Part shown: in pieces, positions 9,158 through 19,255 of the stretch
How the letters are laid out: each line of letters begins with the position of its first letter
How positions within the stretch are numbered: the first letter of the stretch is position 1
Notes under the pieces: model-generated
What the model saw: the letters and a program-made list of their open reading frames with translations, nothing else
Databases searched by the model: none
What the model was told of the DNA's origin: nothing
Position numbers and translations under genes: made by a program
NCBI GenBank assembly: GCA_963693055.1
Contig: OY843751.1
Coordinates: 192,001 to 256,000 of the forward strand
DNA: 64,000 nucleotides
From: a bacterium
Lineage (GTDB): Bacteria > Zhuqueibacterota > Zhuqueibacteria > Residuimicrobiales > Krinioviventaceae
Reading direction: 5' to 3'

Positions 9158-10474
9158 ATGATTCAGATTACTCGAAACAAAGACCTGGCGGCAAGATCGG
9201 TTTTTGTTCTCATTGCAATCGTTACTTTGATGGTCTTGTTTGGTTGTTCTGACAAATCAGATAATATACCTACAACCGCACAGTCTGTTGAAGGTTTAAT
9301 AGTAGAAGGCTGGACAGCCTACCAAAATGGTGATTATGAAGCTGCTGTGGCAAACTTTGAAGCTACTTTACAAAGAAACGTTTCACCTGAACTTTCTATT
9401 GATGCATATAGAGGTTTAGGCTGGACCTATAGCAGACTTGAAAAATATGCTCAGGCAATAACAAACTTTAGTTTTGTTATTAGTCTTGAATCTGTTAGCA
9501 GCAGCCGGTTTCCGGTTGTTGCTAAAGAAGGAGTTGAAGCTTATGCCGTGCCAGATACTCAATATGTAGATGTGAACGGTGAGCTGCAGCTTATGACAGA
9601 TGAATATATTGTATCAATTGACGATATTGACAGTTATAGTGCACGTGTTACCCAAAAAATGGGAGCTTCACCTGCTTTTGAACTTGACCCGGGAACGCGT
9701 GTGATCAATTTACCCAAATCAGAGCTCAGTAATGCATCTTCAACAGCACTGGGTAATGCATTGGATAATTCTCTGAGTTTTAATCCTGCAACATTTACTA
9801 CTGCTGTAGCTTCTGAAGAAGAGTTGACTGCTTTGGATCAATATTACATTGATACACAAACGGGAGTTCTTTCTATTGTACCGCGTGTAGAAACCCTTAA
9901 GGAAATTGAAGCTATTTTTACGTATCATGAAAAAGGCTATCTTATTGACAGATATACCAATCGTTTTATTGTTTTAAATGAAGAACTTGAAGATTTAAGT
10001 GATGCTCCTAAAGATGAACCAGGTGATATCTATTATATCAAGGGTGATTTTTACAATAAATACGATGCCAATAATCCTCAGAGTGGTGGTACATATATGC
10101 AAGCCGATGCTTATGCAGGCATGTCTGCAGCTTATCTTGCACAAGGTGATTATGCTTCGGCACTTGAAGCAAGCCGGGCTTTGATGTACATCAACCAGGA
10201 TTTAAAAGCCCTGGATAGTGGTAATTATCCATATCAACGTAATCTGTTCGACGGTGATACAGACTATAATATGTGGGATTTTTACAAAGTAATGGCTATT
10301 TGTTATTATAATATTAATGATTATTTAAGTGCTGAAGAATGTTTAGAGGTTTATCTGGGTCAGGGAGATGTAGTTGATAATACCAGAACTGATTTCTCAT
10401 TCAACTTGATTTCTTTGATTAATGGCCTGAGTGATACTCCTCCAGCGGATTGGAGTCCTAAAGATATTTTTTAA
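9158..10474 (+). CDS. TPR-containing lipoprotein
   Basis: SD AAGGAGG at 9146-9152 favours ATG 9158. Lipobox LFGC. TPR-like helices GWTAYQNGDYEAAVANF, DAYRGLGWTY and DAYAGMSAAYLAQGDY. Confidence 0.8.
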   Translation: MIQITRNKDLAARSVFVLIAIVTLMVLFGCSDKSDNIPTTAQSVEGLIVEGWTAYQNGDYEAAVANFEATLQRNVSPELSIDAYRGLGWTYSRLEKYAQAITNFSFVISLESVSSSRFPVVAKEGVEAYAVPDTQYVDVNGELQLMTDEYIVSIDDIDSYSARVTQKMGASPAFELDPGTRVINLPKSELSNASSTALGNALDNSLSFNPATFTTAVASEEELTALDQYYIDTQTGVLSIVPRVETLKEIEAIFTYHEKGYLIDRYTNRFIVLNEELEDLSDAPKDEPGDIYYIKGDFYNKYDANNPQSGGTYMQADAYAGMSAAYLAQGDYASALEASRALMYINQDLKALDSGNYPYQRNLFDGDTDYNMWDFYKVMAICYYNINDYLSAEECLEVYLGQGDVVDNTRTDFSFNLISLINGLSDTPPADWSPKDIF

Positions 10475-10521
10475 TATAAATTTAGCAGGCATTCAATGAA
10501 GCATTTAAAAAAAGATCAGGA

Positions 10522-10532
10522 AAAGGAGGTGA
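10522..10532 (+). promoter_or_regulatory. Extended anti-16S (STAB-SD-like) element AAAGGAGGTGA about 80 nt upstream of the next start codon
   Basis: 11-nt complement of the canonical 16S 3' tail. The downstream gene has its own SD (GGAGG 10601-10605). Confidence 0.4.
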
Positions 10533-10609
10533 GCGAGCAAAAATTTTGTTGTAATACTTAAACTTGTTGGTAAGAGTTAATTCACTGATTTTTTAAATTG
10601 GGAGGAATT

Positions 10610-13369
10610 ATGAAAAAGGTAAATTCCTTATTGTTACTGTTTGTTGTATTTTCTTTAATTATGGCTTCCGGAGCAAGTGCTCAGTTAAAATTAGCAAAAA
10701 TTGCTGATCCTGATCCTGTATCCGAAGTTAGTGTAACTGCTTTTACAAAACCCGGTGGTATTGATGTAGGTGATGCTATGCCGCGTGCATTCCACTATGG
10801 TGGTCGTCACTCTGCTCGTACTTCTGATGGTCTGCTCCACACTACATGGGAAGATCCTGGTTACGATTTCCCATACTATGCACATTCAACAGATGAATTG
10901 GGCCTGGAATGGACTGAACCTATGAACATCCCTGACGCCATTGGTTATACCGGATGGAGCCGTAGTTTAATGGCTAAATTGTCTATTGATCCGACCAATG
11001 ACGATATCTATCTGTTGCCTGCTATTCAGATTACAGGTGGTGTATGGCGTACCCAGTTGACCCGTTCTACTGATGGCGGTGCAACATGGACACCTTTTAT
11101 GGACCTGGGTAACAAAATCAATGTTCCTACTGCTGAAGTATCTTGGGCAACTATGACAATTGGTTCAGACCGTGTTGTTCATATTACTTATGCTAAACAA
11201 AATCAGGACATGTTCTATACCAAAGCTGATCTGTCTGCTGCAGATGGTGCTGCTGATTTGGAAAATCTTGTATTTACCAAATCTGACGGTTCTATTGGTG
11301 CAGAAGCTATCAGTTTTGTTCCCAGTGGTGTTGTATTCCAGGGAACTGTTTTACTTGATCGCAACAACGATCCCCACATCATCTTTTCTGGTGACGGTGG
11401 TTCTGATACATTTGGTGATAAAACTCCTTATCACATTTATTACAAATCAGCAGCCCAGGCATGGGGCCCCATTCCTCCAACCCGCTTGAGAGCAGAATTG
11501 GAAGACTGCTGGGGTATGCCTGAAATGGTTTTTGATAAAAATAACCGTGGTTACTATTTCATGGATGGTTATGAAGCAGAAACCGTATGGTTTGGTACCT
11601 GGGAACCCCCAACGGATGCTACAAGTGCAACCGATTTTGGTTCATTGAACAATGGCGAAGGTTACGAAGGTGCTGTTCAGTTTAATTCTGACAACTATGC
11701 CAACATTCCAGTTGTTAACGATGATCATCTGTATCTGCCAAACGCAGATGTTGATGATGTAAACGACATTGTTTATGTTGTAATGAATACCAACTGGTAC
11801 GAAAACTTTGTTGGTGGTGGTGGCGATATTGTTGCATTGAAACTTGTTGATGCTACCAGCTATGCTGGTTCTGGACCTGCTGATATGGATTGGGAATTGC
11901 ATCGTTGGATTACCCAGGATGGTAACTCTCCTTTGGGTGATCAGGGTTGTGATGTTGTTTACGATCCTTCAAGAACTACTCTTGATGTTTTCTGGTCTGC
12001 TGCAGGTGCTCCTTTCAATAAAGCACAGTTTATTGATGCTACAGCAGTTATTCCTGAAATTGATGCAAAACCACAAACTCTTGATTTTGGTTTGACTGTC
12101 AACAACCCAATTAACAAAGGCGAAACTATTGTAATGACCGGTACGGTTAAAAACAATGGTACCAGTTCTTTGGGCCCTGTACCTGTATCATTGGTTATTA
12201 CCAATGAATCTGGTGATACTTTGTACACCAAATCTGATCAAACTCCTCCATTGTTGGCAGGCGCGGAAAGCCGTCAGTTAACATTGGGTGAATTTACCGT
12301 TCCTACTGAAAAAGAATTCTATAACATTTATTTTACTTCTCTTTACAATGGTGACGGTGCTGCTTATAACGATGTTGTAAGCTCTGGCTTTTACGCCTAT
12401 CCTTCATTGGATGAAGTAACTGTTTTTGAAACTTTCCAGGAATTTCTGAATCCTGATGAAGATGGTGATCATAACTGGTTCCCATTCCCAACCTGGTCTG
12501 AAAAAGCAACTTATAGTGATGACCTGGATCTTGGCGGTTGGACTGCAGTTGACAGTGCAAACGGCGAAGAGTTTGACTGGTTAAACACCTGGTTTGTAAA
12601 TGACGAAGATGAACCCAATAACATTGGTGGTTACATCCGTCATATGTCTGGTATTCGTAATGATAGCTTGTATGGTGACATGCCTACTGGTACCATTCCA
12701 CAACCACAAAACGAATTGTTGTACAGCCCGGTTTATGATCTCGATACTCCTGATGGTTACGGCACTTTTCTGGAATTTACCAGTAAAATTGGTGGAACCG
12801 ATGGTGATGACAATTACCCAATTCATGCTTGGGTAGATGTGTCTGTAGACGGTGGTGAAACTTGGCAAGAAGTAATTCATAGAGACAAAACTGTTGGCGG
12901 TGCTACTGAAGCTATTTCCCACAGTATTGAATATACATCTTATGATATTACAAATGCTGTTGGTAATGCATCTTCTGCACAGTTCCGTTTCTGGTGGAAA
13001 AACCTCAACAATGACGGTGGCTTTGCTACCTGGTTTGTTGATAACGTAACTGTTATTGCTCGTCCAGTTGATGGCATTATTAGCTCTGATAATGATGCTG
13101 TTATTGATGGTTACAAACTGTCACAGAACTATCCGAATCCATTCAACCCAACTACTGACATTCAATTCACCATGCCGGCTAGTGGTAAAGCAAAACTGAC
13201 CATTTACAATGTAACCGGTCAGCAAGTTGCTAAATTGATCGATGGTACTGTAGCTCAAGGTACTCATACCGTTCGTTTTGACGCTCAAAATCTGCCTACT
13301 GGTGTTTATTTCTATAAATTCCAGACAGAAAATTTTGAATCCGTTAAAAAGATGGCTTTGATGAAATAA
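10610..13369 (+). CDS. Secreted T9SS-CTD protein: BNR/sialidase-like propeller, CARDB/Ig-like and MAM/cleaved-adhesin-like jelly-roll domains
   Basis: GGAGG-aatt-ATG start. Signal peptide ...ASA/Q. Asp-boxes RSTDGGATW and SVDGGETW. Jelly-roll end QFRFWW...WFVDNV. CTD QNYPNPFNPTT...KKMALMK. Confidence 0.8.
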   Translation: MKKVNSLLLLFVVFSLIMASGASAQLKLAKIADPDPVSEVSVTAFTKPGGIDVGDAMPRAFHYGGRHSARTSDGLLHTTWEDPGYDFPYYAHSTDELGLEWTEPMNIPDAIGYTGWSRSLMAKLSIDPTNDDIYLLPAIQITGGVWRTQLTRSTDGGATWTPFMDLGNKINVPTAEVSWATMTIGSDRVVHITYAKQNQDMFYTKADLSAADGAADLENLVFTKSDGSIGAEAISFVPSGVVFQGTVLLDRNNDPHIIFSGDGGSDTFGDKTPYHIYYKSAAQAWGPIPPTRLRAELEDCWGMPEMVFDKNNRGYYFMDGYEAETVWFGTWEPPTDATSATDFGSLNNGEGYEGAVQFNSDNYANIPVVNDDHLYLPNADVDDVNDIVYVVMNTNWYENFVGGGGDIVALKLVDATSYAGSGPADMDWELHRWITQDGNSPLGDQGCDVVYDPSRTTLDVFWSAAGAPFNKAQFIDATAVIPEIDAKPQTLDFGLTVNNPINKGETIVMTGTVKNNGTSSLGPVPVSLVITNESGDTLYTKSDQTPPLLAGAESRQLTLGEFTVPTEKEFYNIYFTSLYNGDGAAYNDVVSSGFYAYPSLDEVTVFETFQEFLNPDEDGDHNWFPFPTWSEKATYSDDLDLGGWTAVDSANGEEFDWLNTWFVNDEDEPNNIGGYIRHMSGIRNDSLYGDMPTGTIPQPQNELLYSPVYDLDTPDGYGTFLEFTSKIGGTDGDDNYPIHAWVDVSVDGGETWQEVIHRDKTVGGATEAISHSIEYTSYDITNAVGNASSAQFRFWWKNLNNDGGFATWFVDNVTVIARPVDGIISSDNDAVIDGYKLSQNYPNPFNPTTDIQFTMPASGKAKLTIYNVTGQQVAKLIDGTVAQGTHTVRFDAQNLPTGVYFYKFQTENFESVKKMALMK

Positions 13370-13379
13370 ATTATTCATG

Positions 13380-13410
13380 GGGCGATACAAGACATGTATC
13401 GCCCTGTTTT
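13380..13410 (+). terminator. Intra-operon stem-loop (weak terminator or mRNA stabiliser)
   Basis: Perfect 10-bp stem GGGCGATACA/TGTATCGCCC with loop AGACA, followed by an interrupted T tract TGTTTT, 10 nt after the stop codon. Confidence 0.7.
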
Positions 13411-13458
13411 CTCTCCTTTAAAAAAAACTGAACAAATTGTATTCACAAGGAGAACAAT

Positions 13459-16400
13459 ATGACAAAAAATAAATTGGTTGTGCTGTTTTTATCTTTGGTA
13501 TTGTTGTTAACGTTTACAACAATGTCATTTGCAAAAAATACTGGTCCAAAAAAAGTTGTAGAAAAAAATACTGTTAGAGACGGGAATTTTAAAGTTTTTT
13601 CAGTGCAAGCTGACACTCCTGAACAATCCCGTTATTTATCAAAAAAAGCTGCTAAAGAAAGTCGTCTTTCCAAACAATATGTAATCAATAGTAATCTGGA
13701 AAGAAGTTACCTTAATTCTACTGAAAAATTATCCATCCCTCTTCTTAATGAAGTCCCTGGTGGCGGTGCTATTCATTCTGTATGGAATGTTTCATTTGAT
13801 TATGAAGATGATTTTAATACCTTTACACCTGTTGACTTGAGTGAAAATGGCGCTGGTAATGATTGGTTCTGGTTGGATTACGTTGGTATGTTTGGATGGC
13901 CAGAAAGTGACCGCGGTTCAAACTCTGCATTCGCTCCAGAACCCGGTGGTGATATTGGCGGTGATGTTGTTTCCAAAGATGAAGCAATCGACATCAAAGT
14001 TGGTATCCCTAAAATGAGTAGTGAAGGTGAAGCTTATCGAGTTTCTAATTTAATGTTAGAACTTTATATCGGTGAACCTGATCCTGATGACTTTTTGAGT
14101 GTTGAAATTCTTGAAGCACCAAAATGGCATGTTACTGATGATGCTGTTTGGACAATGAATTCTGATCAGGTTTATGCGGAAGAAGGCGCAGCTGGTTATG
14201 ACAATGCGTTTGTTGAAAATTTGGTTTCAACACCCATTTCTGTACCTGCAGGTGCTACCTTGTCATTTCAACATATGATTAATTCAGAAGGTGAGTGGGA
14301 TGGAGCCAATGTTAAAGTTTCAGCTGACAATGGCGAAACCTGGGAAGTAATTACACCCGCTGAAGGTTATGATATTGATAATCTTTACTCATTTTCATAC
14401 CATGGTGGCATTGCAAATGGTGTAGATGCTGATCCTGATGTTGCATATGATTGGGATGAACCTGGTTTTACTGGTCATTATGACTGGACACCTGTGAGCT
14501 TTGATCTTTCTGCCTACGAAGGCCAGACAATCATTATCAAATGGCAGTTTACTTCTGACGGTATGACTGTTGAAGATGATGGTGGTTGGTGGATTGATGA
14601 CATTGTTGTTACTGACGGCACAACTGCTGTTTTTGAAAACGATGGTGTTGATGATGGTTCATTAATTGCTGAAAGACAAGGTCCCGGATATATTGGCGAA
14701 CCTTGGGTTACTTTGAGTAAATGGTCTGCTATTGGTGGTGGTTCTAATGGCGTTGTTTCTGCAAACCTGAATCTTACTTCTAATATCATCGGTGCACCTG
14801 GCGATTCTGCAACTTTTCGTTTCCGTGCTTATTTCGATGATAATGATGAAGGTGATGGTGCTGACCCGAACTGGGGTTTTGAAGTTTCTGATGCCATTCT
14901 TGAAGTTTATACCCGTTACTCTGTTGATTTGGGTGTATCTTTTGTTGACCTAGATTCTACTTTTTCTAAAAATGAATTTATCACTGTTGGTGAAACACTT
15001 GATCCTCAACTCGTTGTTTCTAATTATGGACTAAGTGATGTAACTATTTATAATACGTTTGTAAAAATTGTAAACAATTTTGGTAGCACAGTTTATGAAC
15101 GTTACCTTTATACATATGCTCCTGCACAGGGTGATACATTGGATCTTTATCCTGGAACTCAGGAATTTGGCGAAGGTATGGGATTTTATGATTTCCCGGA
15201 TTGGACACCGGAATATCAGGGTGATTATACTTTGATCGCTTATACCGAGATTTTTGGTGGTGATGATGAACCTGCTGATGATTCATTAGTAGTCGATTTT
15301 CATGTTTACGGTGAAGATCCTGCAATTGCAGAGAATTTCAATACCATGACAAGCGATGAACTTTATGCTAACTGGGAATTTGAAGGTGCTCTTGATCAAG
15401 CTAATTCATGGTATATTGGCGATTCCTTTGGCAAAGGTGATAATGAACTCTGGATCCTCAAATATGGTGATGACCTGTCTTTTGATGAACAGATCGTTAC
15501 ACCTGTAATGGACTGCTCAGAAATGACAGATGTTGCATTAAAATTGGAACATCATATTAGTGGTAGTGTTACTGATCCTTTTGAAGCTAAAATTATTATA
15601 TCTACCGATGGTGGTGCTACTTTTCAAGACTTTAAGGTCTTTACAGAAGCGACACCTGTTGCTGAAAGAAGAGGCATTTTTACATATGATGTCTCCAGTA
15701 TTGTAGATGGTAAAGCCGCTGTACAAATTGGTTTTACATACAAGACTGATGCCAAACTTGCTGCTGCTGGTGGATATTTGTATTTCACCGTTGATGATCT
15801 TTCTGTTTATCCAAGCGCTAGTTTAGACATAACAGATCCTGGTACTCCTGTTAATTTCGCAGGCGTAGCTGGTGATATGCAAGTTGATTTGACCTGGTCT
15901 GGTCTTGAAACTGCTTCTTATTACTCTATTTTGGCTGCCGACACCAATGATGTTGCTGTAGCTGAAGTTGTAGCTGAAGTATCTGATTCTATGGCTACTA
16001 TTGATGGTTTGACCAATGGTGAAACCATGTATTTTTGGGTTACCAGTACAGATTTTAATGACAATGAATCTGCTCCATCAGAATCTGTTGAATTGACCCC
16101 TGCAGACGTTACTGCTCCTACTCAGATCACAGATTTGCATGCTGCTGACGTTGATGGCGAAACTGCAAAACTGTTGACCTGGACTGCTCCGGTTGAAACT
16201 GCTCCAGCAGAAGGTACTGTTTACGAGATCCGTTATGCTTATATGCCCATTACCCCTGCAACATGGGATGATGCAATGGCTCTCGATGAAGTTCCAGAAG
16301 TTGCTGCTGCCGGCACAGAACAGTCTTTGACTGTACCTGTAGATCGTTTGCAAGATTACTATTTTGACGTATACTTTGCAATTAAAACTACTGATGAAGT

Positions 16401-17106
16401 TGGTAATGTTTCTGAAATGTCTAATCCTGCACATGCTGATGATATTCTTCCTGGAAACGTTGTTGACCTTACTGTAGTTGATGTTACTGAAGAAGATGTT
16501 ACTCTGTCCTGGACAGCTCCTGGTGATGATGGTGTTGTCGCTGGTGGTCCTGTTTGGGGATATCAGGTTCGCGTTGCTTATGATTCTTTAGGTGACGAGT
16601 TTACTGGTTGGGAATCTGCTCAGATTTTGACTGACGTTCCTGCTCCTTCAGCTCCTGGTGAAACAGAGTATTATACCGCTGTAGAATTTGTTTATACTGA
16701 TTACGGCCAGACTTTTGGTATCGTTGCAATTGACTGGAATGGTAATGTTTCTGAAGTTATTGGAATGGCTTATGCTCCTTCATGGGACAATTTCAATCCA
16801 CAAGCTGTTGAAGAAAACACAATTCCTGAAACTTTTGCTTTGAACCAGAACTATCCTAACCCGTTCAACCCAACTACTTCTATCTCTTACCAATTGCCCA
16901 ATACTACCCACGTTAAACTGGAAGTATTTGGAACAAATGGTCAAAAGATCAGAACTTTGGTTAACGGTACAATGTCCGCTGGAAATCACAATGTACAGTG
17001 GGATGCAATGGATGCACGTGGCATGAAAGTAGCCAGTGGTATCTATTTCTATCGCCTTGAAACCAGTGCTTTCACAAGCGTTAAAAAGATGACCTTGATG
17101 AAATAA
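13459..17106 (+). CDS. Secreted T9SS-CTD adhesin-like protein: several MAM/InhA-type jelly-roll domains, CARDB-like domain and three FN3 repeats
   Basis: SD AAGGAG and a signal peptide. Jelly-roll motifs WDGANVKVSADNGETW and GWWIDDIVV. FN3 motifs LTWSG, LTWTAP, LSWTAPGDDG. CTD QNYPNPFNPTT...KKMTLMK. Confidence 0.8.
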   Translation: MTKNKLVVLFLSLVLLLTFTTMSFAKNTGPKKVVEKNTVRDGNFKVFSVQADTPEQSRYLSKKAAKESRLSKQYVINSNLERSYLNSTEKLSIPLLNEVPGGGAIHSVWNVSFDYEDDFNTFTPVDLSENGAGNDWFWLDYVGMFGWPESDRGSNSAFAPEPGGDIGGDVVSKDEAIDIKVGIPKMSSEGEAYRVSNLMLELYIGEPDPDDFLSVEILEAPKWHVTDDAVWTMNSDQVYAEEGAAGYDNAFVENLVSTPISVPAGATLSFQHMINSEGEWDGANVKVSADNGETWEVITPAEGYDIDNLYSFSYHGGIANGVDADPDVAYDWDEPGFTGHYDWTPVSFDLSAYEGQTIIIKWQFTSDGMTVEDDGGWWIDDIVVTDGTTAVFENDGVDDGSLIAERQGPGYIGEPWVTLSKWSAIGGGSNGVVSANLNLTSNIIGAPGDSATFRFRAYFDDNDEGDGADPNWGFEVSDAILEVYTRYSVDLGVSFVDLDSTFSKNEFITVGETLDPQLVVSNYGLSDVTIYNTFVKIVNNFGSTVYERYLYTYAPAQGDTLDLYPGTQEFGEGMGFYDFPDWTPEYQGDYTLIAYTEIFGGDDEPADDSLVVDFHVYGEDPAIAENFNTMTSDELYANWEFEGALDQANSWYIGDSFGKGDNELWILKYGDDLSFDEQIVTPVMDCSEMTDVALKLEHHISGSVTDPFEAKIIISTDGGATFQDFKVFTEATPVAERRGIFTYDVSSIVDGKAAVQIGFTYKTDAKLAAAGGYLYFTVDDLSVYPSASLDITDPGTPVNFAGVAGDMQVDLTWSGLETASYYSILAADTNDVAVAEVVAEVSDSMATIDGLTNGETMYFWVTSTDFNDNESAPSESVELTPADVTAPTQITDLHAADVDGETAKLLTWTAPVETAPAEGTVYEIRYAYMPITPATWDDAMALDEVPEVAAAGTEQSLTVPVDRLQDYYFDVYFAIKTTDEVGNVSEMSNPAHADDILPGNVVDLTVVDVTEEDVTLSWTAPGDDGVVAGGPVWGYQVRVAYDSLGDEFTGWESAQILTDVPAPSAPGETEYYTAVEFVYTDYGQTFGIVAIDWNGNVSEVIGMAYAPSWDNFNPQAVEENTIPETFALNQNYPNPFNPTTSISYQLPNTTHVKLEVFGTNGQKIRTLVNGTMSAGNHNVQWDAMDARGMKVASGIYFYRLETSAFTSVKKMTLMK

Positions 17107-17122
17107 GTACTGATTTGATTAT

Positions 17123-17163
17123 AAAAAAAAGGGCGCTGGTTTTAAACCGGCGCCCTTTTTTTT
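17123..17163. terminator. Bidirectional intrinsic terminator between convergent transcription units
   Basis: A8-GGGCGCTGGTTT-T-AAACCGGCGCCC-T8, lying between stop codons at 17106(+) and 17183(-). Confidence 0.93.
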
Positions 17164-17182
17164 GCTTTTACTAAATTCTGGA

Positions 17183-18196
17183 TTATTGAACAATCACCCA
17201 CAAGCTTCCATAACCGTCAAATGACATGTCATATATTTTTTCTATATTATCTTGTGTGTGTTCCAAAACAATGTTATAGCTTTTCTCTGGATTGATATTT
17301 TCATCATATTCTCGTAAAATATATGACTCGTTATCAAAAGCATACAATTTTCTGTAATAAGCAAGTGACCTGAGATTGGTAAAATTTGTATCAAATTCAT
17401 TTAAAATTTGTGTGGGATCTATTAAATCATGTTCATGTATTTTATCTTCAAAACAGGTGAACAATGTTTTTCTGCCAATATGAAGCGAAACTCCTTTCAT
17501 TGTGGTACCCACTTTGATTTTATTAGAAAAAGTACCATCCTTCAGATTTATAACATATAATGAATCTCTGTTAACGCAAGCATAAATGCCATCACGACCA
17601 AACGCCATTCCACTTATAGCTAAATGTGACAATGTCTTGAATATCCTTTCGTCTTCAACCCACTTTTCTTTCATTGCAAGTGTATATACATGAAAAAGAT
17701 CTTGAAATACTTTAGTTCCATCCGGGAGAAATCCTTTAAACATCCAATTAATAGACCAACATTCAGTACCAACGATTGCAATGGCTTGATTGGTAGCACT
17801 AGATTTTGGAAAAATTTTGGCAATAAACACATGAGGTATTTCTAATGTGAGCGTAGTATCGCTATGGGGATATGAAATTTAACTTTTTTTAATAAAGTAA
17901 CCATCTCGCTCCATGCTTAAATAGTAATCACCGGGATATACTGAATCAAATTTAAAATAAACCGTACTGTCCGCGGTAATAATTTATGTGCCAAATTTCA
18001 CTTCGTATAGAATATTAATTTCATCCAGTTTGATCTGTGCGTTTGGCATGGGCTCAAACGTATCCATGTCGACAGCTTGGCCATCGAAAACTTAAGTAGG
18101 AATCAATGGACGAGTAATATCATGTTCCTGCTTGTTCCAGCAGTGAACAAGCAAAGAGCATGAGAGGACTAGTAGAATCATCCGTACTTTACACAT
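17183..18196 (-). pseudogene. Pseudogene of the third tandem lipoprotein paralog (carboxypeptidase-regulatory-like domain + beta-propeller)
   Basis: ATG 18196 follows AAAGGGGTGA. Manual translation MCKVRMILLVLSCSLLVHCWNKQEHDITRPLIPT*VFDGQAVDMD...KFGT*IITADST...DGYFIKKS*... is colinear with the 18257-19255 protein and in frame with the 17830-17183 ORF. TAA stops at 18094, 17986 and 17881. Confidence 0.9.
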
Positions 18197-18256
18197 TCAG
18201 TCACCCCTTTTTTAATTTCCCCTCAATATTGGAAATTATTTTATCATGTATAAACC

Positions 18257-19255
18257 TTATCTCGTAAACAGCAGATTCCCATATCCGTCAAAACTCATGT
18301 CAAACAAGTCTGTGATTTGTACACCTGAATCAGTCATTAATGCATAATGGTTTATTGTGTTGGTATCAGAGTCGAATTTTTCAAGAATAGCCTTGTCATT
18401 ATCAAAAGCGTAAAGATTTTTGTAATATGCCAGGGCAATATAATTATTTTGACCGGGTGAATAAACCGCATCTGTAATTGTAAAATCATCTGCATTATGC
18501 TTGTATAGCTTGCCACCTGAACAAGTATAAATGCATTTATTAATAATATGAAAAGCGACGCCACGTGCAATATGATCAATTTTGAATTGACCCGCTTTTG
18601 TACCATCCCAGCGATTCATCTGGTACAATGTATCCGTGTTCATACAAATTATTAATCCATCCCGAATATAGGTCATTGACGATAACAAACGAGGATTATA
18701 GGGAGAAGCGAACTTGCTTTCGTTGAACCAACTCCTGTTTTCATATTTATATTCCGCAAACATGTCTGAATTGATAAACGGCGGTGTGTCGCCAGCACGC
18801 CAATAAATGTTTACTAACGCTGTTGAGCCGCTACAAGAAAACGCTGGACTTTTTGAATAACTGTGTAAAAATTCCTGAACAAAATAGAGTTGCGGTACTT
18901 CGAGTGCTGTGCTGGTATCGGCATGTTCTACCTGAAATTTGGTTTCATTAATGAAATAGCCATCTCTTTCAACGCTCAACAGGTATTTACCGGGATATAC
19001 AGAATCGAACTGAAACATGCCGGTACTATCTGCAGTGACGATCTGTGTGCCGAATTCAACCTCATAAAGCATTTCATTTTCTACCAGTTTAACCTGAGTC
19101 CCTGGCAATATTTCATAGGTATCCATATCTAACACCTGGCCATTAAAAGTATAGAATGGAATTACCGGTTTTGTAATCTCGTTGTCCTGAGGACTCCAGC
19201 AGTTTAATAGAAAAAATAATGATACAAGAATGAGAATTGTTAATTTTGATTTCAT
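18257..19255 (-). CDS. Lipoprotein, carboxypeptidase-regulatory-like (transthyretin-like) domain + beta-propeller
   Basis: ATG 19255 overlaps the upstream TGA (ATGA). Lipobox LLNC-WSPQDNE. Motifs FNGQVLD...ADSTGMFQFDSVYPGKYLLSVERDGY and C-terminal DMSFDGYGNL. Confidence 0.8.
   Translation of the reverse strand: MKSKLTILILVSLFFLLNCWSPQDNEITKPVIPFYTFNGQVLDMDTYEILPGTQVKLVENEMLYEVEFGTQIVTADSTGMFQFDSVYPGKYLLSVERDGYFINETKFQVEHADTSTALEVPQLYFVQEFLHSYSKSPAFSCSGSTALVNIYWRAGDTPPFINSDMFAEYKYENRSWFNESKFASPYNPRLLSSMTYIRDGLIICMNTDTLYQMNRWDGTKAGQFKIDHIARGVAFHIINKCIYTCSGGKLYKHNADDFTITDAVYSPGQNNYIALAYYKNLYAFDNDKAILEKFDSDTNTINHYALMTDSGVQITDLFDMSFDGYGNLLFTR

Noticed and set aside
17881-18094. Stop-codon reassignment or readthrough to explain three in-frame TAA
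   Set aside because: TAA is the dominant true stop in this window, and the three sites align to different residues (Y, Q, K). Pseudogenisation is simpler.
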